Assembly: GCA_041548245.1 (NCBI GenBank)
Contig: JBFESZ010000019.1
Span: 1 to 27,504, forward strand
Source of the DNA: Sulfurimonadaceae bacterium
GTDB taxonomy: Bacteria; Campylobacterota; Campylobacteria; Campylobacterales; Sulfurimonadaceae
Direction: 5' to 3'
DNA length: 27,504 nt
Below are positions 1-7,493 of this stretch, in pieces. A program made the position numbers and the translations under genes. The notes below the pieces were generated by a model that was not told the origin of the DNA, ran no database searches, and saw only the letters and a list, made by a program, of their open reading frames with translations. Position 1 is the stretch's first letter. Each line of letters opens with the position of its first letter.

Positions 1-363
1 ACTGACAGAAAGATCATGTCAAATTCGCTTAAACCATTGGGAATTACCTTGGTTGAAGCGACAGATGGTATTGAAGCATTGAATATCCTGAAATCGGGCG
101 AACATAACTTCGATGCCTTATTGATCGATATTGAGATGCCTCGTATGGATGGATATACTCTGGCTAGTGAAATCAAAAAATACAACAAATACAAAAACCT
201 GCCATTGATTGCCGTTACATCACGCAGTGGTAAAGCGGACAGGATGCGTGGCGTTGAATCTGGTATGGTTGAGTACATTACCAAACCATACTCACCGGAT
301 TATCTACAGAATGTGGTTAAACGCAATATCAAGTTCAGCTTTTCTGAGGAGTCAGCATCATGA
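1..363 (+). CDS. cheA: C-terminal receiver domain of hybrid chemotaxis kinase CheA (CheAY), 5'-truncated by the window edge
   Basis: The frame is open from position 1 (TDRKIMS...). Receiver motifs LLIDIEMPRMDG, AVTS and YITKP are present. It overlaps cheW (ATGA). CheA carries a C-terminal CheY domain and precedes cheW in Campylobacterota. Confidence 0.85.
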   Translation, partial: TDRKIMSNSLKPLGITLVEATDGIEALNILKSGEHNFDALLIDIEMPRMDGYTLASEIKKYNKYKNLPLIAVTSRSGKADRMRGVESGMVEYITKPYSPDYLQNVVKRNIKFSFSEESAS

Positions 364-857
364 GCACTGAGAAGTTACAGCAGATCATAAACAAGCAGCA
401 AAACCAGATCTCTCCGGCTGATATACAGTTGGAAAACATTGTTCAGTTAGTAGGATTTGTCGTAGGGGAAGAGGAATTTTCCGTGCCGATATTAAGTATC
501 CAGGAGATTATAAAACCGATTGAATGGACAAGAGTTCCTCGAACACCGGATTATGTTCTTGGCGTTTTTAATCTCCGGGGGACGGTCATCCCATTGATTG
601 ACTTGCGTCTGAAATTTGGTCTGCCGAGTGAGAAGATGACGGAGAACAGTCGTTTTATTGTAATGAAAAATGAGTTTGAAACAGCCGGATTTGTCATTGA
701 CAGGTTGACTGAAGCTATTCGTTTAAAACAGAGTGAAATTGGACCAGCGCCGGAAACTGCCTTGGAAGATCAGAGTATGATTGAAGGGGTGGGAAAACAA
801 AACGATAAGATTTTAACGATTTTAAAGGTCGACAAACTTTTAGAAAGAGACTTCTAA
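360..857 (+). CDS. cheW: Chemotaxis coupling protein CheW
   Basis: QLVGFVVGEEEFSVPILSIQEII, VPRTPDYVLGVFNLRGTVIPLIDLR, GFVID motifs. Confidence 0.95.
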   Translation: MSTEKLQQIINKQQNQISPADIQLENIVQLVGFVVGEEEFSVPILSIQEIIKPIEWTRVPRTPDYVLGVFNLRGTVIPLIDLRLKFGLPSEKMTENSRFIVMKNEFETAGFVIDRLTEAIRLKQSEIGPAPETALEDQSMIEGVGKQNDKILTILKVDKLLERDF

Positions 858-869
858 AGTTTCTCTTTC
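843..869. terminator. Possible bidirectional terminator hairpin between convergent cheW and metF
   Basis: GAAAGAGA (843-850) pairs with TCTCTTTC (862-869), spanning the cheW stop codon. Confidence 0.35.
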
Positions 870-879
870 AATCTTACAC

Positions 880-1791
880 TTAAATAAGAATATCCTTGGC
901 AATCTGAAACTGATTGGCCGTCATCAAATGTACCTTAGGGTGTATCTTCATAATATCATCAAAAAGATTCTTACTCAATTCAAAACCGACCTTGTACTCT
1001 TCTTCAGCAGAGATTGCATTGGCCTTACGCAGTGATTCTATCCAATACTTTGGTACATGTATACCTGGAACATGAGAAGCTAAAAACTGTGCTGTACGCA
1101 ATTTAGTAATAGGGAATATCCCCAAGATCAGTTGTGCTTTTTTAGCCGATTCACAGCAATCACTTTTAGCGTTTTCAAGCAGCTCCAAAAGGAGTTCTGC
1201 ATTGTCTGTATCATAAACAGGTTGTGAAATAAGGCCGATCGCACCATGCTCGATCTTCTTCTTCATTTTCTTCTGCAGTGTCTTTGGATTGGTTGAAAAG
1301 GAGTTTGTAACAGCAAAAGGATAGATGGTATTTGGTTTCGCAGCCAAAGGTTTTCCTGCATAATCTATACCACTGTTAAGACAGGTAACCATATCAAGTA
1401 GCAAAGAGGAATTGCCGTCAAAAACACCTTTGGCATTGGGTTGGTCTGACATGGCAGCACTGTCACCGGTTAAGGCCAGTATGGCTCGAATATCAAACTC
1501 GTTTCCGCCTAAAAGGTCAGACTGTAGAGCAATGCGGTTTCTATCACGCATGCTCATTGTCGCTAAAACAGGTTTTTTGAACTCGTTTTGCAGTTTGATT
1601 GCAGCAAGTATGGAATTGTATTTAAGTTTTGCCAAGGGATTGTCAGTGGTCGAAAAACCGTCAACAAGTTCATTGAGTTGAAGTTCTTTTATCTTGTCAA
1701 TTATGGGCTGAAACAGAGGTGAATGAGAAGGCGTTGTCTCGAGTGTGATGTATTTTTTGTTTTCTAATTTGGCAATGAGTTCTTCAAACAA
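880..1791 (-). CDS. metF: Methylenetetrahydrofolate reductase
   Basis: TDNP, MRDRNRIALQSDLLG, ILALTGD and ISQPVYD match MTHFR motifs. Start moved from the ORF-track ATG (1827) to TTG at 1791, which follows GGAAAAACT; the ATG at 1827 lies inside a TGnTATAAT -10 box. Confidence 0.85.
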   Translation of the reverse strand: MFEELIAKLENKKYITLETTPSHSPLFQPIIDKIKELQLNELVDGFSTTDNPLAKLKYNSILAAIKLQNEFKKPVLATMSMRDRNRIALQSDLLGGNEFDIRAILALTGDSAAMSDQPNAKGVFDGNSSLLLDMVTCLNSGIDYAGKPLAAKPNTIYPFAVTNSFSTNPKTLQKKMKKKIEHGAIGLISQPVYDTDNAELLLELLENAKSDCCESAKKAQLILGIFPITKLRTAQFLASHVPGIHVPKYWIESLRKANAISAEEEYKVGFELSKNLFDDIMKIHPKVHLMTANQFQIAKDILI

Positions 1792-1825
1792 AGTTTTTCC
1801 TGTATAATTCCATTTAATTACTGAC

Positions 1826-1851
1826 ATTATAGCAACTTATTGGGCTATAGT
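1826..1851. promoter_or_regulatory. Back-to-back sigma70 -10 elements for metF (minus strand, TGCTATAAT, 1834-1826) and serB (plus strand, TATAGT, 1846-1851)
   Basis: Read directly. The two boxes form the inverted repeat TATAGC-N10-GCTATA in the 75-bp intergenic gap. Confidence 0.55.
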
Positions 1852-1866
1852 AATAAAGAGAATAAG

Positions 1867-2493
1867 ATGAAACTGTGTGTATTTGATTTTGACTCAACAT
1901 TGATGGATGGTGAGACAATAGATTTTTTTGCTGAGCCTTTAGGTCTGAAAGATAAGGTTGCTGCGATTACCGAAAGAGCGATGCAAGGTGAAATGGACTT
2001 CTTTGAGAGTCTTACGGAACGAGTAGGTCTTCTTAAAGGATTAGAGTTTTCCAAGGTAGAAGAGATCTGCCACAACCTGCCATTCATGCCAGGCGCGAAA
2101 GAGACGATAGCCGAACTGAAAAAAGCAGGTTCGACAGTGGTCTGTTTCAGCGGGGGCTTCAGAACAGCGACAATGTATGGAAAAGAGATACTGGGTTATG
2201 ATGCCGACTTTTCAAACGTCTTGCATCATAAAAATGGAAAGCTCAGCGGCCTTGTCGGTGGAGATATGATGTTTGATTTTTCCAAGGGTGACATGATACA
2301 GCGTCTTCAAAACATTCTGGGAGTGAGTGAAGCCGATACGATGGTCGTTGGTGATGGAGCTAATGACAGATCCATGTTTGCTCATGCCGGTACCCGTATT
2401 GCCTTTTGTGCAAAAGAGATCCTTAAAAAAGAGGCTAATATCATTATTGAGACAAAAGACCTTACGCAAATTCTAGACAAAATTAAACTATAA
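1867..2493 (+). CDS. serB: Phosphoserine phosphatase SerB (HAD family)
   Basis: FDFDSTL, ETID, ITERAMQGE, SGGF and VGDGAND motifs. Likely start is ATG 1867 (MKLCVFD). Confidence 0.93.
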   Translation: MKLCVFDFDSTLMDGETIDFFAEPLGLKDKVAAITERAMQGEMDFFESLTERVGLLKGLEFSKVEEICHNLPFMPGAKETIAELKKAGSTVVCFSGGFRTATMYGKEILGYDADFSNVLHHKNGKLSGLVGGDMMFDFSKGDMIQRLQNILGVSEADTMVVGDGANDRSMFAHAGTRIAFCAKEILKKEANIIIETKDLTQILDKIKL

Positions 2494-2507
2494 AAGCAGG
2501 TATGTAG

Positions 2508-2813
2508 ATGACATATTGGGAGCAAGAATGTGGTGAAAAATCACTGCATGATACACTAAGTGCTATGATCAATAATAAAGATGTTGAGATATTGATGAAT
2601 GATAAAGAACTATTTAGAACACTCAAACGTCATTTGACACGCAAAGAACTCCATGCCTTTTGTATGAAAGAGGGTGGAAAGAGCAGTGAGGATATCGCAT
2701 CCGCGCTTAATACAAAAGAGGTTCAAGAGGTTGAGCTTCTTTTGCGCAAGGCACTAAGAAAAATAAAACAGGCTAAAGTGACGGCAGAAATATTTGTCAA
2801 AGATACAGAATAA
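2508..2813 (+). CDS. Hypothetical protein with a sigma70 region-4-like HTH
   Basis: Lies 14 nt after serB with an AGG-type RBS. LTRKE...GKSSEDIASALN...V...RKALRKIK resembles the sigma region 4 pattern. Confidence 0.6.
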   Translation: MTYWEQECGEKSLHDTLSAMINNKDVEILMNDKELFRTLKRHLTRKELHAFCMKEGGKSSEDIASALNTKEVQEVELLLRKALRKIKQAKVTAEIFVKDTE

Positions 2814-2818
2814 GGTTT

Positions 2819-3223
2819 TTATTCTGTCGCAGAAGGTTGTTCTAAAGTAGAATCCTTGCATGGGGCTGACATTGTCCTTGCTTCACCAAGGTCTTCTTTT
2901 ATGAATTGTACAGTCGTCACCTGTCCCGTCTTCTCATCTGTTGCAGAAATCGTCCAGGAACCGTCTGCCCGCCCGTCGAAATATCTGTAATCGTATGTCG
3001 AACCATGATGTGCAGGCAGCAATATAGTCTTGAAACGGTCGTCTTGAGGCGTGGATGGCGAAGTCCATGCCATAGAGATGTTTCTGTCGTAACTCATGCG
3101 AGTTGTCTTATAGATACATTTGATCTTCAGTATCTCATCCTCATTAACGACATTACATACTAATGAGTCATTGGCAAAGAGGCCAAGAGTAAATAATGTT
3201 AAAAGCGAGACTAGTCTTGACAT
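2819..3223 (-). CDS. Secreted or periplasmic hypothetical protein (beta-rich, possible disulfide)
   Basis: Signal peptide MSRLVSLLTLFTLGLFA, three Cys residues, AAAGG RBS, and a -10 TATAAT at 3256-3251. Confidence 0.7.
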   Translation of the reverse strand: MSRLVSLLTLFTLGLFANDSLVCNVVNEDEILKIKCIYKTTRMSYDRNISMAWTSPSTPQDDRFKTILLPAHHGSTYDYRYFDGRADGSWTISATDEKTGQVTTVQFIKEDLGEARTMSAPCKDSTLEQPSATE

Positions 3224-3338
3224 GCATATACCTTTGTGTGAATTAGGATTATTATAGCCTAACTTCTGGTGAGTTTCTCAAATATATTTCACTGAGTATG
3301 AAAAACGTAAAAACATTTAATTAAACAGTAATACATCA

Positions 3339-3360
3339 TTATACGTCACAAAACGTATAA
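3339..3360. promoter_or_regulatory. Candidate operator: perfect inverted repeat TTATACGT-N6-ACGTATAA
   Basis: Seen directly in the divergent intergenic region between the secreted protein gene and the cytochrome c gene. Confidence 0.45.
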
Positions 3361-3455
3361 AAAGAACAAAAGAATATGTTTGAGTAGAAATTTTTATCTC
3401 ATTTTTATAGAGTTACTGTATGATACCACTTAAACTAAATTATGGAGTTCCTATA

Positions 3456-3788
3456 ATGAAAAAACAAACATCAGTATTAATGGCTGCAATCGTTGCTCTT
3501 GGCCTAATGTCTACAACAGCTTCAGCTGATATCAAAAAAGGTCAAAAAGGTTACCTAAAAACATGTAAGAAATGTCACGGTAACGGTACTAAAGGTGCAT
3601 CTATGAAAACCCAAGATGGTTGGACAGAACTTTTTGAAAATGATGCGGCTCTAATCGTTGAGAAACACAAAGGTACTAAAGGTGAGAAATTCTTCGAAAG
3701 TAAGAAATTCCAGAAACTTGCTCCACACTTGAAAGATTTCCTATACCAATATGGTTCTGACTCAGGAAACGTTCCTTCTTGTGGTTAA
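3456..3788 (+). CDS. Periplasmic monoheme cytochrome c
   Basis: Signal peptide ending ASA, CKKCH heme motif, GGAG RBS before ATG 3456, candidate -10 TATGAT at 3418-3423. Confidence 0.9.
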   Translation: MKKQTSVLMAAIVALGLMSTTASADIKKGQKGYLKTCKKCHGNGTKGASMKTQDGWTELFENDAALIVEKHKGTKGEKFFESKKFQKLAPHLKDFLYQYGSDSGNVPSCG

Positions 3789-3833
3789 TTAAAAGCTGAT
3801 GTTCCAACGTAAAAGCGTTTGAACTTTAGTATC

Positions 3834-3862
3834 GGCGTACTTTGGGTACGCCCTTTCTTCTT
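3834..3862 (+). terminator. Intrinsic terminator of the cytochrome c gene
   Basis: GGCGTAC-TTTGG-GTACGCC stem followed by the pyrimidine tract CTTTCTTCTT. Confidence 0.65.
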
Positions 3863-3927
3863 CCAAACATCCAAAGATTCAACTTTATTTTCTTCTGGTT
3901 CCAATAAAAAATATTCTCTAGCCATAA

Positions 3928-5646
3928 TTATCTGATAGTGATTTCGAACTCTACTCGACGTGAACGAATCTTGTTCTCTTCATTCTCAGCGTATATAAGA
4001 TTTGAATAGGAGTGGCCGTCAGTACTGAGGACTTGGCTTATCCAGTCTCTATGTGAAGCAATGCTCTTGAGCTGGTAGCTGTACTCAAGAATATGAATGG
4101 CCCTGTCATTGGATAGGCGGGTGTTATTCAGATAGGCTTGTGTTTTTGGTGCATTCCACTCCGTCGATGTATATCCGTTGATATGTAAGTTCTTGATCTG
4201 TTGTTTATAGGGAAGAAGTACGTTAAATAGTCTTGGCATGAAATCGTCAAGTGTCGATTTGTGCACAGTGCTCAAGGTAGAACTTCCCTGTTTGAAGATG
4301 AGGCCGTCATGTGTAATACGCAGGTCCTTGTATATCTTTACATCAGGTGTTTGCTTGAACTCATTGTGTAGGGCCTCATAAAGTGTTGAATATTGCTTCA
4401 TTCGTTTTTTAACCAGACTTCCGTCATCATTGAGCTTTAGCACCCAGATCTGTTTGCCTTTGTCTGCAAAGGAGTTTGTAAATCCGGCTATCGCAAAGCT
4501 GTTGTCATGTAAAAGAGCGACGCTGCTAAATGCATCTTGACGTTCTTTGCCAAATTTTCTTTCCCATATCATATTCGCATTGCTGTCATAGTATCTGACC
4601 AAGGCATCCATATCCGAGCGTGAAGAGGACTGTGAATATCCGACTCCTATAATGTTTCCTCTTAGGTCTACACTGATGTCATTGAGACGTTCATTGGCAT
4701 CATTATAGAAACTTTTATCCCAAAGGAGCTCACCTTCGTCGTTTATTTTGATCAATCGAATGTTTTCTTGCGTATCTTTATTTTCAAAACCTGCTGCTAT
4801 GATGTAATTGTTCTGCAGCGTTTTGATGATTTTAAAACCTTTATTATGTCCAAGTTTTGGTAGTTCTTTTAGCCATGCAGTATCACCGGTATCGTTGATT
4901 TTTACAGCGGTGAGCATTGAGGTGCCTTTTTCTTTAGAGAGCGCTAGCAGTATAAAACCACCATCACCGGTAGCTACACCGTCGATCCCGATGTCTTTAC
5001 CGGTAGAACCGTATTTTTTCTTCCATATGATCTTCCCATCAGGTTCATATTTGACGAGATAAACGTCACTGTGTCCCAAGCCCTGAACAAAGATGTTGTC
5101 ACGGTCGCTGCGTGATGTCTGTGAGGTTCCTATGGCAATACAGCTACCATCATCAAGCTTTACAAGAGCATGTAACTGATCGAAGTTTGCGGTTCCAAAC
5201 TGTTTAAGAAAATGATCTTTTCCTTTCTCATCCAAGGAAGATATCAGCATCTGGCCACTGTGTGTATAGCCCCCTAGGATATATCCGTTATCAACGGTTT
5301 TGATGATATTGGTACCCCGGTTAAATGCTGATAGTTTAAAGTTAATATCATTGACAATCTGTGCCTGTGAGTCTAGTTTGATCAGACGAAGCTGTTCTCC
5401 ATGGCTGTTCTGTATTGCATTGAGGTAGTCAAATGCGTTATTAAAACTCTGATGTGGCTTTGCAGTATTTACAAAGTTTTGGGTATACCCTATAATTGAT
5501 ATATTAAAGTCATAGTCTTCAATGACATCAAATGCCTCATCATCGAAGTTTTTGCCAAGTACTATTTGATAGTCGTCAGGTTTGAATTCGATTATAGTAC
5601 TGTGAAGGCAAGATAATATGATTAAAAGTGATAGAAGAAACTTCAT
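3928..5646 (-). CDS. Exported beta-propeller repeat protein with a C-terminal OmpA/MotB-like (ZorB-type) peptidoglycan-binding domain
   Basis: N-terminal signal peptide. About 7 repeats of W-x-K/R-x-F/YG...D...DG...G-x-T/S...L-x-K-x-D/N-xx-G. C-terminus has FKQGSSTL...INGYTS...NxxLSxDRA...SRRVEF. Confidence 0.8.
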   Translation of the reverse strand: MKFLLSLLIILSCLHSTIIEFKPDDYQIVLGKNFDDEAFDVIEDYDFNISIIGYTQNFVNTAKPHQSFNNAFDYLNAIQNSHGEQLRLIKLDSQAQIVNDINFKLSAFNRGTNIIKTVDNGYILGGYTHSGQMLISSLDEKGKDHFLKQFGTANFDQLHALVKLDDGSCIAIGTSQTSRSDRDNIFVQGLGHSDVYLVKYEPDGKIIWKKKYGSTGKDIGIDGVATGDGGFILLALSKEKGTSMLTAVKINDTGDTAWLKELPKLGHNKGFKIIKTLQNNYIIAAGFENKDTQENIRLIKINDEGELLWDKSFYNDANERLNDISVDLRGNIIGVGYSQSSSRSDMDALVRYYDSNANMIWERKFGKERQDAFSSVALLHDNSFAIAGFTNSFADKGKQIWVLKLNDDGSLVKKRMKQYSTLYEALHNEFKQTPDVKIYKDLRITHDGLIFKQGSSTLSTVHKSTLDDFMPRLFNVLLPYKQQIKNLHINGYTSTEWNAPKTQAYLNNTRLSNDRAIHILEYSYQLKSIASHRDWISQVLSTDGHSYSNLIYAENEENKIRSRRVEFEITIR

Positions 5647-5671
5647 TGCAGTCCATTTTTATTGAATGAAC

Positions 5672-5687
5672 AGCAAGTTTTATACCA
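5672..5687 (-). promoter_or_regulatory. Candidate sigma54 (-24/-12) promoter for the propeller-OmpA gene
   Basis: Minus strand reads TGGTATAAAACTTGCT (GG-N10-GC), ending 26 nt before the ATG. It could alternatively be read as an extended -10 TGnTATAAA. Confidence 0.5.
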
Positions 5688-5719
5688 TCTGTTGAAATAG
5701 TTGCATAATCAGCTTAGTC

Positions 5720-7060
5720 TTATTCTTCAGGAAATACAGCTCCATAGTCTTTGAGAATAGGAATCAGAGATGCTCTGTCATTATCTAAAGCGACCTTCAT
5801 AGCCGTGAGCCCTTTTTTTGCAGAGATGTTGACATCTGCACCATTTTGAAGGAGGAGTTTTACAGCGGATTTTTGGTTGTAATAGATAGAGAGCATCAAA
5901 GCAGTCCAACCAAACTTATCATAACAGTTCAGATTCGCCCCATGTTTAATAAGCAGTTCCATCGCCTCGGTACGGCCGAGTGAAGAGGCAATCATCAAAG
6001 CTGTTCGCCGGTTCCTGTCAACCTGATCTACTTTCGCTCCGAGCTTAATAAGCAGTTTAATATGTTTAATGCTTTTGTCATCTTGATAGTGGCTTGAGAT
6101 GAGCATCAAAGGACTCCATAAGAGGTTTGCATCATTGGTATTGACATGGGCACCTTTACTTAAAAGAAGTGTTTCTAAATCCCTTAAATCTTGTTTCAGC
6201 TCTTTGTCGACGACTTGTAACAGTGCTTTGTGTGTGAGTGACAGAGGTGTATCGATGCCGTCACGAATATTGACGTCTGCACCGTTTTGAACAAGAAGGG
6301 TGGCGGCTTTTATATTAAAACGTTTTATTGCCATAGTAAGAGCTGATGTATTACGATGATTACGTTGATCTAAGGTGGCATTGCGTCTGATGAGTATATC
6401 CAGGAGCTTAAAACGTGATTTGTCCATTGCCGCCATCATCAGGGCAGAAGTACCGCCCTTATCAGCCTGGTCGACATTAAAACCCTTGTTCAGAAGATAG
6501 ATCAGGAGTTTGGGATTATTTCCTTCTATGCATAGATGTAAAAGGCTAGTCCCATTAGCGCGTGTGTGATGAAGATTTGCTCCCATATGATGATAATAGA
6601 CAAGTGCATTGAGGTTTCCGGTAAGTGCAGCTTCATAGATATCGGAGACTTCAAAGTAGAGGGCTTGAGCTGTGGATTGTTTTTGCAGGTCACTTTTACT
6701 TATAGCACCATATCGCTGTAAAAGATTGATCATATTTTTATTGCTTGTCTCTAATGCATAGTCCAAAGCTCTCAGCTCAAAACAGTCCTTAAAGTTGACA
6801 TCGCATCCATAGGTTAAAAGGGTCAGTACAGATTCAGGTTTTTCGTGTTGAACAGCATAACATAGAGCAGAGATGTGTTTGTACTCACATTTATCGGGAT
6901 CTATACCTAGCTTTATCAAATTTTTTAAGCCATCTATATCATCGGTATCTATACAAGCGATGAGTTTCTTACACTCTCTTCTTAGGAAATGCTCATCCTC
7001 AGGATGTGTCATTTTTGTACCTAAGATAAGACTGCTTTGTAAATGCTGCATAAATGTCAT
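5720..7060 (-). CDS. Ankyrin repeat protein (about 10 repeats, no signal peptide)
   Basis: Repeated G/R-x-T/S-A/P-L-M...LL-xx-GA-D/N-VN units, e.g. GWTALMLSIYYNQKSAVKLLLQNGADVN. Confidence 0.9.
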   Translation of the reverse strand: MTFMQHLQSSLILGTKMTHPEDEHFLRRECKKLIACIDTDDIDGLKNLIKLGIDPDKCEYKHISALCYAVQHEKPESVLTLLTYGCDVNFKDCFELRALDYALETSNKNMINLLQRYGAISKSDLQKQSTAQALYFEVSDIYEAALTGNLNALVYYHHMGANLHHTRANGTSLLHLCIEGNNPKLLIYLLNKGFNVDQADKGGTSALMMAAMDKSRFKLLDILIRRNATLDQRNHRNTSALTMAIKRFNIKAATLLVQNGADVNIRDGIDTPLSLTHKALLQVVDKELKQDLRDLETLLLSKGAHVNTNDANLLWSPLMLISSHYQDDKSIKHIKLLIKLGAKVDQVDRNRRTALMIASSLGRTEAMELLIKHGANLNCYDKFGWTALMLSIYYNQKSAVKLLLQNGADVNISAKKGLTAMKVALDNDRASLIPILKDYGAVFPEE

Positions 7061-7205
7061 ACATTACTCTTTCTAGGTAATTTTAAAACGCCCTTTGTAT
7101 AGCGTAACGATACTTAGATTAAAAAATAATAAGAAATGGGATTTAGTGAAGTGGGTAATTGAAGGAGGCCTTGAGCCTTCCCGGAGGGAAGAACTAAAAG
7201 GTTAT

Positions 7206-7472
7206 TTATCCAACGATGTTGTCAAATGGGTAAGCAACAACTGTTTTGCGAGAAACAGTATATGGTACCAATGCTGCTTGGCGTGCACGCTTGATTGCAT
7301 TTGAAATCATCTCTTGGTGACGTTTACAGTTACCTGTCAAACGACGAGGCATGATTTTGTAACGCTCTGACATTGAATGTTTAAGAGAGTTAGTATCTTT
7401 GTAATCGATGAAGTCAACTTTTGCTTCACAATATTTACAATAACGTTTTTTGTATTTTCTTCTTTCTGCCAT
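7206..7472 (-). CDS. rpsR: 30S ribosomal protein S18
   Basis: [20 protein letters not shown] motifs; CxxC and CxxH indicate the Zn-binding type. Confidence 0.98.
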   Translation of the reverse strand: MAERRKYKKRYCKYCEAKVDFIDYKDTNSLKHSMSERYKIMPRRLTGNCKRHQEMISNAIKRARQAALVPYTVSRKTVVAYPFDNIVG

Positions 7473-7493
7473 AATTATTTCCTTATGATATTT

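Noticed and set aside
3928-7060. Calling the region a complete Zorya defence system
   Set aside because: There is no ZorA, no ZorC/D/E, and no Asp-containing TM helix; only the periplasmic domain resembles ZorB.
7097-7113. CGTAACGATA shared between the ankyrin upstream region and the rpsF leader (8590-8599)
   Set aside because: Only a 10-bp match, and the second copy is explained as an RNA hairpin; chance cannot be excluded.
7161-7192. GC-rich hairpins after rpsR as an sRNA
   Set aside because: Short alternative stems most simply explained as the operon terminator; too weak to call.
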